DNA of 64,000 bases from an uncultured Acidobacteriota bacterium (GTDB lineage Bacteria; Acidobacteriota; Polarisedimenticolia; J045): the NCBI GenBank assembly GCA_964420365.1, contig CAYQTA010000048.1, positions 5,635 to 69,634 on the forward strand, written 5' to 3'. The position numbers and the translations under genes were made by a program. This document shows positions 34,247 through 43,175 of the stretch, piece by piece; positions within the stretch are counted from its first letter, which is position 1; each line of letters starts with the position of its first letter. The notes beneath the pieces are model-generated. The model searched no databases. It was given only the letters and a program-made list of their open reading frames with translations, and was not told the origin of the DNA.

Positions 34247-35670
34247 GCCGGCCGGTCCCGGTGGACCCGGCCGCGCTCCGGGCCCTGGTCGCCGAGCCGC
34301 GGGGTCGGCGCTTCCTCGTCGTCGGTCTCGGCCGGTCCGGGACGGCGGCGGCGCGGTACCTGCTGGCGCGGGGTGCGCTGGTGACCGCGACGGACCGTCG
34401 CCCGGCGGACGAGCTCGGGGCCGGGGTCCGGGCTCTCGGCGAGGCGGGTGTCACCCTCCACCTGGGTGGTCACCCGGACGAGGCGTTCCGGGAAGTGGAC
34501 GCGATCGTCCTTTCCCCGGGGGTCGACCCGTCCCTCGCCCCGATCGACGAGGCGGCCCGGCGCGGGGTACCCGTCGTCTCCGAGATCGACCTGGTGGCCG
34601 ATCGCCTGGGCGCGAGGGTCCTGGCCGTCACCGGCACGAACGGCAAGAGCACGACGACCGCCCTCCTGGCGTCGATGCTCGCCGCCGGCGGGTTCGACGC
34701 GGTCCCCTGCGGCAACTACGGAACCCCCCTCGTCGAGGCGGCGGAGGGAGACCATGCCGGGCGGCGGTACGCCCTCGAGGTCTCGAGCTTCCAGTTGGAA
34801 ACGACCCGCCTGCTCCGGTCGGGCGCCGCGATCCTGCTCGGGATCCGGCCGGATCACCTCGATCGCCACGGTTCCCTCGCCGCCTACCGGGCGGCCAAGG
34901 AACGGGTTCTCCTGCTGCGGGATCCCGGGGCGCCGGGAATCTGCTGCGTGGACGATCCCCTCGTGGCCGAGGCGGCGCGGGCCGCCCTGCCGCCGGTCCT
35001 CGCCGTCACCCTGGAGGGTCGGCCGGAGGCGGGGGGCTGTCTCGAGGGGGACACGCTGGTCCTGCGGTTCCCCGGCCGCCCGGCGGTGCCGCTTCTCCGG
35101 GTCGACGAGATCCCCCTGCCGGGGCGCCACAACCGCTGGAACGTCCTCGCGGCGGCCCTGGCCGCCACCGCGGCCGGCGCCGGCACCCGGGAGGTCGCCG
35201 AGGCGGTGCGCCGCTTCCGGACCCTTCCCCACCGGCTCGAGGAGGTCGCCCAGGTGCGGGGCGTGCTGTTCGTCGACGACTCCAAGGCGACGAACGTCGA
35301 CGCCGCCCTCCGGGCGATCGAGACGTATCCCGGGCGACGGCTCCACGTGCTGCTCGGCGGGCGGGACAAGGACGGCGACTTCCGCCCCCTGGCAGCCGCC
35401 CTCTCCGCCGCGGGCGCCCGGGCGCTCGCGTACGGGGAAGCCGGGCCCCGGATCGCGGAGGTCCTCGAGAAGGAGGGGTTCCGCGAGGTCGAGCGTTGCG
35501 GGGACCTGGCCACGGCGACCCGGCGCGCCTTCGCGGAGGCGGCACCCGGCGACGTGATCCTGCTCGCCCCGGCCTGTGCCTCCTTCGACGCCTTCCGTTC
35601 CTACGCCCACCGCGGTGACGCGTTCGCCGCCCTGGCCCGGGAGATCGCCCGGGAGGAGGAGGGTCGATGA
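34243..35670 (+). CDS. murD: UDP-N-acetylmuramoylalanine--D-glutamate ligase MurD
   Basis: Rossmann N-terminus (FLVVGLGRSGTAAARYLLARGALV) and P-loop VTGTNGKSTTT. Follows murF directly (ATGA) with no mraY in between. Confidence 0.92.
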   Translation: MSRPVPVDPAALRALVAEPRGRRFLVVGLGRSGTAAARYLLARGALVTATDRRPADELGAGVRALGEAGVTLHLGGHPDEAFREVDAIVLSPGVDPSLAPIDEAARRGVPVVSEIDLVADRLGARVLAVTGTNGKSTTTALLASMLAAGGFDAVPCGNYGTPLVEAAEGDHAGRRYALEVSSFQLETTRLLRSGAAILLGIRPDHLDRHGSLAAYRAAKERVLLLRDPGAPGICCVDDPLVAEAARAALPPVLAVTLEGRPEAGGCLEGDTLVLRFPGRPAVPLLRVDEIPLPGRHNRWNVLAAALAATAAGAGTREVAEAVRRFRTLPHRLEEVAQVRGVLFVDDSKATNVDAALRAIETYPGRRLHVLLGGRDKDGDFRPLAAALSAAGARALAYGEAGPRIAEVLEKEGFREVERCGDLATATRRAFAEAAPGDVILLAPACASFDAFRSYAHRGDAFAALAREIAREEEGR

Positions 35671-36830
35671 GCCGCCGGCACCGGGGCCCCGACCGTCTCT
35701 TCGCGGCGACGGTCCTCCTCCTTGCCCTCGGCGGGGTGATCGTCTCCGGCTCGGCGCGGGCCTTCCAGGACGCCGCCACCCACCCGCTGCCGGTCGGTCT
35801 CGTGACGTCCCTCGTCCACCTGGCGCTGGGAATCACCCTGCTGCTCGCGGTGATGGTGCCGGACTACCACCTGCTCGCCCGGCCCCGCGTGGCCTGGGCG
35901 CTGTTCGCCGGGACGGTGGGCCTGCTCCTCCTGCCCTTCTTCTTCTCGCCCGTGGCGAACACCTGGCGCTGGATCCGGGTCGGGGGGCTCAGCCTCCAGC
36001 CCTCGGAGCTGGCCAAGCCGGTGCTGGTGGCGATCCTGGCGGCGGCGCTGGCCCGGGCCGGTGACCGGGTCCGCACCTGGGAGGGGCTGGTCCGCCCGCT
36101 GGTCCTCGGGGGAGTCCTCGCGGGCCTCGTCCTGCTGGGACGGGACCTGGGGACGCCGGTGCTCTACGGGCTGGTCACCCTCGGGCTGGTCACCGCCGCC
36201 GGGGCCCGCTGGCGCCACCTGGCCGCCCTGCTGGTCGCGGGCGCGATCCTGTTCGCCGGCGCGGCCTCCCTCGAGAGCTACCGGCTGCAGCGCCTGACGG
36301 CCTTCCTCCACTGCATGGACGGGGACGCGGAGCTCTCGCCCGCGATGCGGGACACCTGCTACCAGTTGCGCCAGTCCCTGGTCGCCCTGGGATCCGGGGG
36401 GATCGCGGGCAAGGGACTCGGCCGCTCGACCCAGAAGGCCTTCTTCCTGCCGGAGGCGGAGAACGACTTCGTCTTCGCCGTCCTCGGGGAGGAACTGGGG
36501 TTCCTCGGCAGCATGGCGGTCATCGGCCTCTTCCTCGGCCTCGCCTGGCGCAGCACGGTGGTCGCCCGGCGCGCGGTCGACCCCCTCGGACGCTACCTCG
36601 CCCTCGGGGCAGGCTGGTTCCTGGCGATCCAGGCGCTGGTCCACGCCGGGGTGACGACGGGGCTCCTCCCGACGAAGGGGCTCCCGCTCCCGTTCTTCTC
36701 CGCCGGTGGCAGCTCGATGCTGGCCTCCTTCGCCCTCGCCGGCATCGTCCTCAACGTCTCCCTGCGAACCTGGGACTCCGTCGCCCCGGGCGAACCGGCG
36801 GAGGGCTTCCTCCCGGGAGGTGCGGCATGA
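35667..36830 (+). CDS. ftsW: Peptidoglycan glycosyltransferase FtsW (SEDS family)
   Basis: 10 TM segments; SEDS motifs QPSELAKP and LPFFSAGGSS. Confidence 0.92.
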   Translation: MSRRHRGPDRLFAATVLLLALGGVIVSGSARAFQDAATHPLPVGLVTSLVHLALGITLLLAVMVPDYHLLARPRVAWALFAGTVGLLLLPFFFSPVANTWRWIRVGGLSLQPSELAKPVLVAILAAALARAGDRVRTWEGLVRPLVLGGVLAGLVLLGRDLGTPVLYGLVTLGLVTAAGARWRHLAALLVAGAILFAGAASLESYRLQRLTAFLHCMDGDAELSPAMRDTCYQLRQSLVALGSGGIAGKGLGRSTQKAFFLPEAENDFVFAVLGEELGFLGSMAVIGLFLGLAWRSTVVARRAVDPLGRYLALGAGWFLAIQALVHAGVTTGLLPTKGLPLPFFSAGGSSMLASFALAGIVLNVSLRTWDSVAPGEPAEGFLPGGAA

Positions 36831-38218
36831 GGCTCGGGCGGGTGCGCCAGGTCCACTTCGTCGGCATCGGCGGGATCGGCATGTCGGGGATCGCCGAGGT
36901 GCTGCTGCAGCTCGGCTACCGGGTCACCGGGTCCGACCTGCGCGCCTCCGCGGTCACCGAGCGCCTCGCCCGGCTGGGAGCCCGGATCCACGAGGGCCAC
37001 GACGCGGTCCACGTGGGCGACGCCGACGTGGTCGTCGTCTCGAGCGCGGTGCCCCGGGACAACCCGGAGGTCGCGGAGGCGCGGCGGCGCAGGATCCCGG
37101 TGATCCCGCGGGCGGAGATGCTCGCCGAGCTGATGCGGGTCAAGGCCGGGATCGCGGTGGCCGGCTCCCACGGCAAGACGTCCACCACGTCGATGCTGGC
37201 GACGGTCCTGGCCCGGTGCGGGCTCGATCCGACGGTGATCGTCGGGGGACGCCTCGAGACGATCGGCAGCAACGCGCGCCTGGGGTCGGGCGACCTGCTG
37301 GTCGCCGAGGCGGACGAGAGCGACGGTTCGTTCCTGCGGCTGATCCCCACGATCGCCGTCGTGACCGGGATCGACCGGGAACACGTGGACCACTACGGGT
37401 CGGAGGAAGCGCTGCGCGACGCCTTCGCCGCGTTCTGCGCCCGGGTTCCGTTCCACGGCGCCGTGGTCGCCTGCCTCGACGACCCGGGCGTCCAGTCGAT
37501 CCTGCCGCGGATCGACCGGCGGGTGCTGACCTACGGCGTGACCCCCCAGGCCGACTACGAGGCCCGCGACATCGAGCCGGAAGGGTTCGGCATCCGGTTC
37601 ACGCTGGCCCGCGGGGGCGAGCCCGTCACGGCGGTCCGTCTGCGCATCCCGGGACGGCACCAGGTCCAGAACGCCCTCGCCGTCCTCGCCGTCGCCGACG
37701 AACTCGGGCTCTCCCTCCGGGTCGCGGCGGCGGCGCTCGAGGAACACCCCGGGGTCGACCGGCGGCTGCAGCGTCTCGGGGAGGCGCGGGGCGTCCTGGT
37801 GCTCGACGACTACGGTCACCACCCGCGGGAGATCGAGCTGACCCTCGCCGCCCTTCGGGAGGCGGTCGGGGAGCGCCGGCTCGTCGTGCTGTTCCAGCCG
37901 CATCGCTACACCCGCCTCGCCGACCTGATGGACGGCTTCGCCGGCGCGTTCCACCGGGCGGACGTGGTCGTCCTCGCGGACGTGTACCCGGCGGGCGAGG
38001 ACCCGATCGAGGGGGCGACGGCGGAACGCCTCGCCGGGGAGATCGCCGGCAAGGGGCACCGGGACGTCACCTGGGCGGGCGACCTCGCGGCCGCCGAGGC
38101 CGAGGTACTCCGCCGGCTCGAGCCCGGCGACGTGCTGCTCACCCTGGGTGCCGGAAGCGTCGGGGGAAGCGGCCGGAGGATCCTGGCGGCCCTGCGGGGA
38201 GGGGAGGACGCGCGATGA
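36827..38218 (+). CDS. murC: UDP-N-acetylmuramate--L-alanine ligase MurC
   Basis: HFVGIGGIGMSGIAEVL and GSHGKTSTTSM. Follows ftsW directly (ATGA) with no murG in between. Confidence 0.93.
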   Translation: MRLGRVRQVHFVGIGGIGMSGIAEVLLQLGYRVTGSDLRASAVTERLARLGARIHEGHDAVHVGDADVVVVSSAVPRDNPEVAEARRRRIPVIPRAEMLAELMRVKAGIAVAGSHGKTSTTSMLATVLARCGLDPTVIVGGRLETIGSNARLGSGDLLVAEADESDGSFLRLIPTIAVVTGIDREHVDHYGSEEALRDAFAAFCARVPFHGAVVACLDDPGVQSILPRIDRRVLTYGVTPQADYEARDIEPEGFGIRFTLARGGEPVTAVRLRIPGRHQVQNALAVLAVADELGLSLRVAAAALEEHPGVDRRLQRLGEARGVLVLDDYGHHPREIELTLAALREAVGERRLVVLFQPHRYTRLADLMDGFAGAFHRADVVVLADVYPAGEDPIEGATAERLAGEIAGKGHRDVTWAGDLAAAEAEVLRRLEPGDVLLTLGAGSVGGSGRRILAALRGGEDAR

Positions 38219-39135
38219 GGGACCCGCGCGTCGACTCCCTCTACCGGGAGATGGCCGGGGACCTCGGGGTCCCGGCCACGCCCGGGGAACCCCTGGCCCG
38301 GTGGACGACGATGGGGGTCGGCGGACCGGCACGGTGGGCGTTCTTTCCGCCGGACCCGGAACGGCTCCTCGCCGCCTGGCGGGCGCTTCACGAGGGTCCG
38401 CTCCCGGTCCGGGTGCTGGCGGGGGGCAGCAACGTGATCGTCGCCGACGAGGGGATCGATGCCGCGGTCCTCGTGCTCGGGCGCACGGGGGGCGAGATCC
38501 GTCGCGAGGAACACGAGCTGGTCGCGGACGCGACCGTTTCCCTCCCCGCCCTCGTGCGTCGGGCCGCGGACGAGGGGCTCGCCGGGCTGGCGTTCGCGGA
38601 GGGCATCCCGGGGAAACTCGGGGGGGCCGTTCGCATGAACGCCGGCACCGGCGCGGGGGAGATCGCGGAAGTCGTCGCGGAGGTCGAGGTCGCGGACGCG
38701 AACGGCGCCGTGCGATGCCACCGGCCCGGCCCCGGGGACTTCGGCTACCGGGAGAGCTTCGTCGCCCGGGAAGGGCTCCTCGTGCTCCGGGCCAGGGTCG
38801 CCCTCCGCCCCGGGGACCCCGCGGCGATCCGCGCGGAGATGGCCGAGCGCCGGGCACGCCGCCGGGCGAGCCAGCCGGGGGGCCGTTCCGCCGGCTGCAT
38901 CTTCCGCAACCTGCCGGGCGAGCCGGTGGGAGCCCTGGTCGACCGGCTCGGGCTCAAGGGAACCCGGATCGGGGACGCGGCCATCTCGACGGAACACGGG
39001 AACTTCATCGTCAACCTGGGCCACGCGCGCGCGAAGGACGTCCTCGACCTCGTCGACCTGGTGCGGGAACGGCTGGCCCGGGAGACCGGCCTCGAACCAC
39101 GCCTCGAGGTGGAGATCTGGAGGGACCCGCGATGA
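38215..39135 (+). CDS. murB: UDP-N-acetylenolpyruvoylglucosamine reductase MurB
   Basis: FAD-binding PCMH domain (WTTMGVGGPARW...LAGGSNV) and C-terminal MurB domain. Confidence 0.9.
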   Translation: MRDPRVDSLYREMAGDLGVPATPGEPLARWTTMGVGGPARWAFFPPDPERLLAAWRALHEGPLPVRVLAGGSNVIVADEGIDAAVLVLGRTGGEIRREEHELVADATVSLPALVRRAADEGLAGLAFAEGIPGKLGGAVRMNAGTGAGEIAEVVAEVEVADANGAVRCHRPGPGDFGYRESFVAREGLLVLRARVALRPGDPAAIRAEMAERRARRRASQPGGRSAGCIFRNLPGEPVGALVDRLGLKGTRIGDAAISTEHGNFIVNLGHARAKDVLDLVDLVRERLARETGLEPRLEVEIWRDPR

Positions 39136-39953
39136 GGTGGATTGCCTGGCCCCGGCGCGGGAAACGGGTTCACCGGAAGAAGCGACCGCGCCGTTCCCGC
39201 CCCCCGCTCCTCGAGAGGGCCCGGCGCCCTCTCCTCGTCCTCGGCGTCCTGGTCGCCGCCGGCACCCTGGGCTGGGCGATCCGCGCGGCCGTCCTGGCCC
39301 CGGCGCTCGCCGTTCGCCGCGTGGCCGTCAGCGGGACGGAGCGCCTGCCGCGGGAACGGGCCCTCGCCGTTCTCGCGGAACACGTCGGCGAACCGATCGC
39401 CCTCGTGGACCTGGACGCGATCCGGGCCGCCCTCGAGTCCGAGCCGATCGTCGCCCGGGCGATGGTGGCTCGCCGCCTGCCCGACCTCCTCGAGGCCAGG
39501 ATCGACGAGCGCGTCCCCGTGGCCCGGGCGCGCCTCGCCGGGGGAACCGTGCTCGTCGACGAGAACGGCGTGCTCTTCCCGCCGGGGCTCGGGTCGCCCG
39601 GGGACGAGAAGCTCCCCGAGCTGCGCGGGCTCGCCACCCGGCCCGGTGAGCCCGCCCTGGTCGCCGCCGACCGCCCGGCGCTCGCCGCGCTGGAAGCGCT
39701 GCGACGCGTCACGGGGCACGCGCCCCCGCCGGGAACGTTCGTCGACCTCGCCCCGCGGCGCCGGATCGTCCTCCGGCCGGGGAGAAACGCCCCCCTTCTC
39801 TGGCTGGATCGGGACGACCCGGGGCGGAACCTCGAGGACCTGTTCGCCTGGAAGGACCGGCTGGTCGCCCTCCGCGAGGGCGCGGCCATCGACCTGCGGT
39901 TCACGAACCGCCTGATCGTGGTGCCGGGAAGCCCCGGCTCCCTGGAGAGGTGA
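39132..39953 (+). CDS. ftsQ: Cell division protein FtsQ/DivIB (TM + POTRA)
   Basis: Basic N-terminus, one TM (LLVLGVLVAAGTLGWAI), then POTRA/FtsQ beta domain. ATGA overlap with murB; no ddl between them. Confidence 0.85.
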   Translation: MRWIAWPRRGKRVHRKKRPRRSRPPLLERARRPLLVLGVLVAAGTLGWAIRAAVLAPALAVRRVAVSGTERLPRERALAVLAEHVGEPIALVDLDAIRAALESEPIVARAMVARRLPDLLEARIDERVPVARARLAGGTVLVDENGVLFPPGLGSPGDEKLPELRGLATRPGEPALVAADRPALAALEALRRVTGHAPPPGTFVDLAPRRRIVLRPGRNAPLLWLDRDDPGRNLEDLFAWKDRLVALREGAAIDLRFTNRLIVVPGSPGSLER

Positions 39954-39956
39954 CCC

Positions 39957-41207
39957 ATGGCCCGGAACCCGGAGACCATCTGCGCCATCGACCTCGGAAC
40001 CCACCGCTGCTGCTGCGTGATCGCGGCCATCCGGGGCCCCCGCGACCTGGACGTGCTCGGGATCGGCACCCGGAAGACCGAGGGAATCCGCAAGGGGATG
40101 ATCGTCAACCTCGAGGCCCTGGTCGGCTCGATCCGGGGCGCCGTCGAGCTGGCCGAGGAGATGGCGAATCGGCAGGTGGACTCGGTGGTGGCCACCGTGC
40201 CGGCCGCCCAGGTCCGGTCGTTCACCTCGCGGGGAGTCGTCACGATCTCCGGGCGGGACCGCGTGGTGACGCGGAAGGACCTCGAGCGCGTCCTCGAGAC
40301 GGTCCGCTCGGTCCAGATCCCTCCCGGGCAGTCGATCCTGCACATCCTGCCCCAGGAGTACTCGCTGGACGGGCAGGGGGAGATCCAGGACCCGGTGGGA
40401 ATGACGGGCCAGCGCCTCGAGGCGAGCGCCCACGTGGTGACCGTTCCCCGGCAGGCGGCCCAGCACGTCGTGGCCGCGATCAACCGGGCGGACGTGGAGG
40501 TGGAGAGCCTCGTCTTCCCCCTCCTGGCGGGCGCGGAGGCCGTGCTCACGCCGGAGGAGCGGGAACAGGGCGTGTTCCTCGTCGACATCGGCGGTGGCAC
40601 GACCGACGTCGCCCTGTGGGAACGCGGGGCTCCCTGGTTCACGACGTCGATCCCGATCGCCGGCGACCTCGTGACCAACGACATCTCGATCGGCCTTCGG
40701 ACCCCGGTTCCCGACGCGGAGAACGTCAAGCGCACCTGGGGAAGCGCCCTGCCGCCCGAGGACGAGGATGACGACGTGACCCTCGAGGTCCCCGGTGTCG
40801 GCGACGGGAAGACGAAGCTGGTCGGCCGGTCCCTGCTGACCCAGATCATCGCTCCCCGGGTGCAGGAGATCTTCGAACTGGTCCGGGCGCGCCTCGACCA
40901 GGCGGGCATCGCGACGCGGGCCCGCGCCGGGGCGGTGCTCGTCGGGGGAACGGCCAACCTCGATGGAATCGTCGAGACGGCGGAGGAGATCCTCGGGATG
41001 CCGGTCCGCGTCGGGATTCCCGCGGGCTTCGGTGGCCTGGTGGACGACATCCGCGCCCCGAGCTTCGCGACGCCGGTCGGCCTCGCCCGCTGGGAACTGG
41101 TCGAGGGGCGGCGGCACCGCGTCCAGGAGCTGCGCGGCAGGAAGCGCGGCAGGTTGTTCGGCGGGTTGCTCCGGTCGGTTTCCGGCTGGATGGGTGAGCT
41201 GTTCTGA
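39957..41207 (+). CDS. ftsA: Cell division protein FtsA
   Basis: Actin-fold motifs ([16 protein letters not shown] ... [12 protein letters not shown]) and a C-terminal amphipathic tail. Confidence 0.93.
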   Translation: MARNPETICAIDLGTHRCCCVIAAIRGPRDLDVLGIGTRKTEGIRKGMIVNLEALVGSIRGAVELAEEMANRQVDSVVATVPAAQVRSFTSRGVVTISGRDRVVTRKDLERVLETVRSVQIPPGQSILHILPQEYSLDGQGEIQDPVGMTGQRLEASAHVVTVPRQAAQHVVAAINRADVEVESLVFPLLAGAEAVLTPEEREQGVFLVDIGGGTTDVALWERGAPWFTTSIPIAGDLVTNDISIGLRTPVPDAENVKRTWGSALPPEDEDDDVTLEVPGVGDGKTKLVGRSLLTQIIAPRVQEIFELVRARLDQAGIATRARAGAVLVGGTANLDGIVETAEEILGMPVRVGIPAGFGGLVDDIRAPSFATPVGLARWELVEGRRHRVQELRGRKRGRLFGGLLRSVSGWMGELF

Positions 41208-41247
41208 GCGGGATCGTCCCGCGACGAGACGAGGGAGGAGCAGGGAC

Positions 41248-42546
41248 ATGGCGGAAACGACGAAGAGGGGCGTCCGGTTCACCCTGGACGACATCGAGGA
41301 GGCGCCGGCGACGATCCCGTTCCCGGGGGCCGGAACGGCCGTCCTCGAGGAACCGCGGCCCGTTCCCGGCCCGATGCCGGGGGCCGTGATCAAGGTCGTC
41401 GGGGTCGGCGGGGGCGGCGGCAACGCCATCAACCGGATGATCGAGGCGGGCGTGCAGGGCGTCGAGTTCATCGCCGTGAACACCGATGCCCAGGCCCTGG
41501 CCCGCAACCTCGCACCGACGAGGATCCAGATCGGCGAGAAGCTGACCCGCGGACTGGGTGCGGGAGCGCGCCCGGAGATCGGCCGCGAGGCCGCGCTCGA
41601 GGACACCGAGGTCCTGCTCGAGAAGCTCTCCGGGGCGGACATGGTCTTCGTCACGACCGGGCTCGGCGGCGGAACGGGAACCGGGGCCTCGCCGGTCATC
41701 GCCGGCCTGGCGGCCGAGCTCGACGCGCTGGTGGTGGCGGTCGTCACCAAGCCGTTCGCCTTCGAGGGACGGCGTCGACGCCAGCAGGCCGAGGAGGGAC
41801 TGGCCGAGCTGAAGAAGGCGGTCGACACGGTGATCACGATTCCGAACGACAAGCTGCTGGCCACCGTCGACCAGGAAACGACGATGCAGGCCGCCTTCTC
41901 CCTCGCCGATGACGTCCTCCGCCAGGCGGTCCAGGGAATCTCCGACCTGATTCTCGAGACCGGCGTGATCAACCGGGACTTCGCCGACGTGCGGACCGTG
42001 ATGAAGGGAATGGGCATGGCCCTGATGGGCACCGGGGTCGCCGAGGGCGAGAACCGCGCCGTCGCCGCCGCGCAGCAGGCGATCAGCTCCCCGCTGCTCG
42101 AGGACACGTCGATCGAGGGAGCGCGCGGCGTGATCCTCTGCATCACCGGGGGAGACGACCTCCGCCTCCTCGAGGTCAACGAGGCGGCGTCGATCATCCA
42201 CGAGGCCGCGGACCCGGACGCCATGATCCTGTTCGGCTACGTCCAGCGGCCGGAGATGACCGGGAAGGTCAAGGTCACGGTGATCGCCACGGGCTTCGAG
42301 AGCCACGGGACGGGCTCGCGGGCCCGGGCCGCGGCCGAGGAACCGGCACGCCTGGCGTCGCCGGAAACCCGTCCCCCGGCGGAACCGCCGACGGCGGAGG
42401 AGCCGCCGCCCCCGGTGATCCAGGCGCCGCGGCAGGTCGACCTCCGCAACCTCCCGTTCCTCGACGACGGCGCCGGGCCGCACCTCGACGTCCTGGACCG
42501 GGACGACTACGAGATCCCCGCCTACCTCAGGCGGATGCAGGACTGA
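41248..42546 (+). CDS. ftsZ: Cell division GTPase FtsZ (with ~35 aa N-terminal extension and a long P/E-rich C-terminal linker)
   Basis: Tubulin signature GGGTGTGA, the [17 protein letters not shown] motif, and C-terminal conserved peptide [10 protein letters not shown]. Start ATG lies 9 nt after GGGAGGAG. Confidence 0.94.
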   Translation: MAETTKRGVRFTLDDIEEAPATIPFPGAGTAVLEEPRPVPGPMPGAVIKVVGVGGGGGNAINRMIEAGVQGVEFIAVNTDAQALARNLAPTRIQIGEKLTRGLGAGARPEIGREAALEDTEVLLEKLSGADMVFVTTGLGGGTGTGASPVIAGLAAELDALVVAVVTKPFAFEGRRRRQQAEEGLAELKKAVDTVITIPNDKLLATVDQETTMQAAFSLADDVLRQAVQGISDLILETGVINRDFADVRTVMKGMGMALMGTGVAEGENRAVAAAQQAISSPLLEDTSIEGARGVILCITGGDDLRLLEVNEAASIIHEAADPDAMILFGYVQRPEMTGKVKVTVIATGFESHGTGSRARAAAEEPARLASPETRPPAEPPTAEEPPPPVIQAPRQVDLRNLPFLDDGAGPHLDVLDRDDYEIPAYLRRMQD

Positions 42547-42559
42547 TCCCGCGGAGATC

Positions 42560-42585
42560 CCCCGCTCCCCCGAGGGGGAGCGGGG
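42560..42585 (+). terminator. Terminator-like GC hairpin (ccccgctccccc / gggggagcgggg) 14 nt after the ftsZ stop
   Basis: A 10-12 bp perfect inverted repeat read directly from the sequence. No U-tract. Confidence 0.4.
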
Positions 42586-42599
42586 TCCCGAGGGGGGAA

Positions 42600-42920
42600 G
42601 GACCGGACGTGCGAACCACCCACCTCACCCCAACCAGCCCGTGCGGCGCACTCCGCGCCGCCACCCCTCCCTTCCCCGGGGAGGGTTCCGTGCCACCCCA
42701 CTTCCCCCGGCACGCCGTCCTTCCCCCCGCATTTTTCCCTTCCTTCCTCCTTTCCCCGGCCCCGGGAGGGTCCGCCTGAACCCCCCTCGCGCGCGGCGGA
42801 TCCATCCCCCCGGGGGGAAGGGGCCGGCGGACCGCCGGCCCCTTCCCCGTACCGCGGCCGCGCCCCCCTTCCGGCGGCGAAAGCCGGGAAGAAACCGGGC
42901 ACGTTCGCCGTTCTTTTTTT
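42600..42920 (+). ncRNA. Candidate small RNA or structured 3' UTR: CU-rich tract with CCUCC/CCUUCC anti-SD-like motifs, ending in a stem + U9 intrinsic terminator (42875-42920)
   Basis: Runs such as ccctcccttcccc and ccttccttcctcctttcccc. Terminator cggcgaa-(loop)-ttcgccg followed by TTCTTTTTTT. No ORF with a plausible composition. Confidence 0.3.
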
Positions 42921-43175
42921 GCCCCGGCGGGGCCCTGACCGCGGTACATTGGGGGACGGTCCGGGAAGCGGTCCCTGCCCGGAAGCCGGGAACGATCCCG
43001 GCGGGGCGCGGGAGGGAACGGGCAGGGACGACCGGACCGGGTCGCGAGGTCCGGGTCCCTTCCGGCCGGCACCGCCGGCCGGGATGCGTTCTGCCGGGCC
43101 GCTTACCCCCGGGGGGAGAGAGGAACCGCGGGCGCGGGGAACCCCCGCGCCCGGACGAGAGGAGGTCGTGCCGTC

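Noticed and set aside
36593-38857. 754-aa minus-strand ORF antisense to murC/murB
   Set aside because: It overlaps canonical Mur ligase genes and has R/P/G-rich composition.
41208-41380. Internal Met (MPGAVIKV...) as the true FtsZ start
   Set aside because: No SD upstream of it, whereas ATG 41248 has GGGAGGAG at ideal spacing. Kept as an alternative in the findings.
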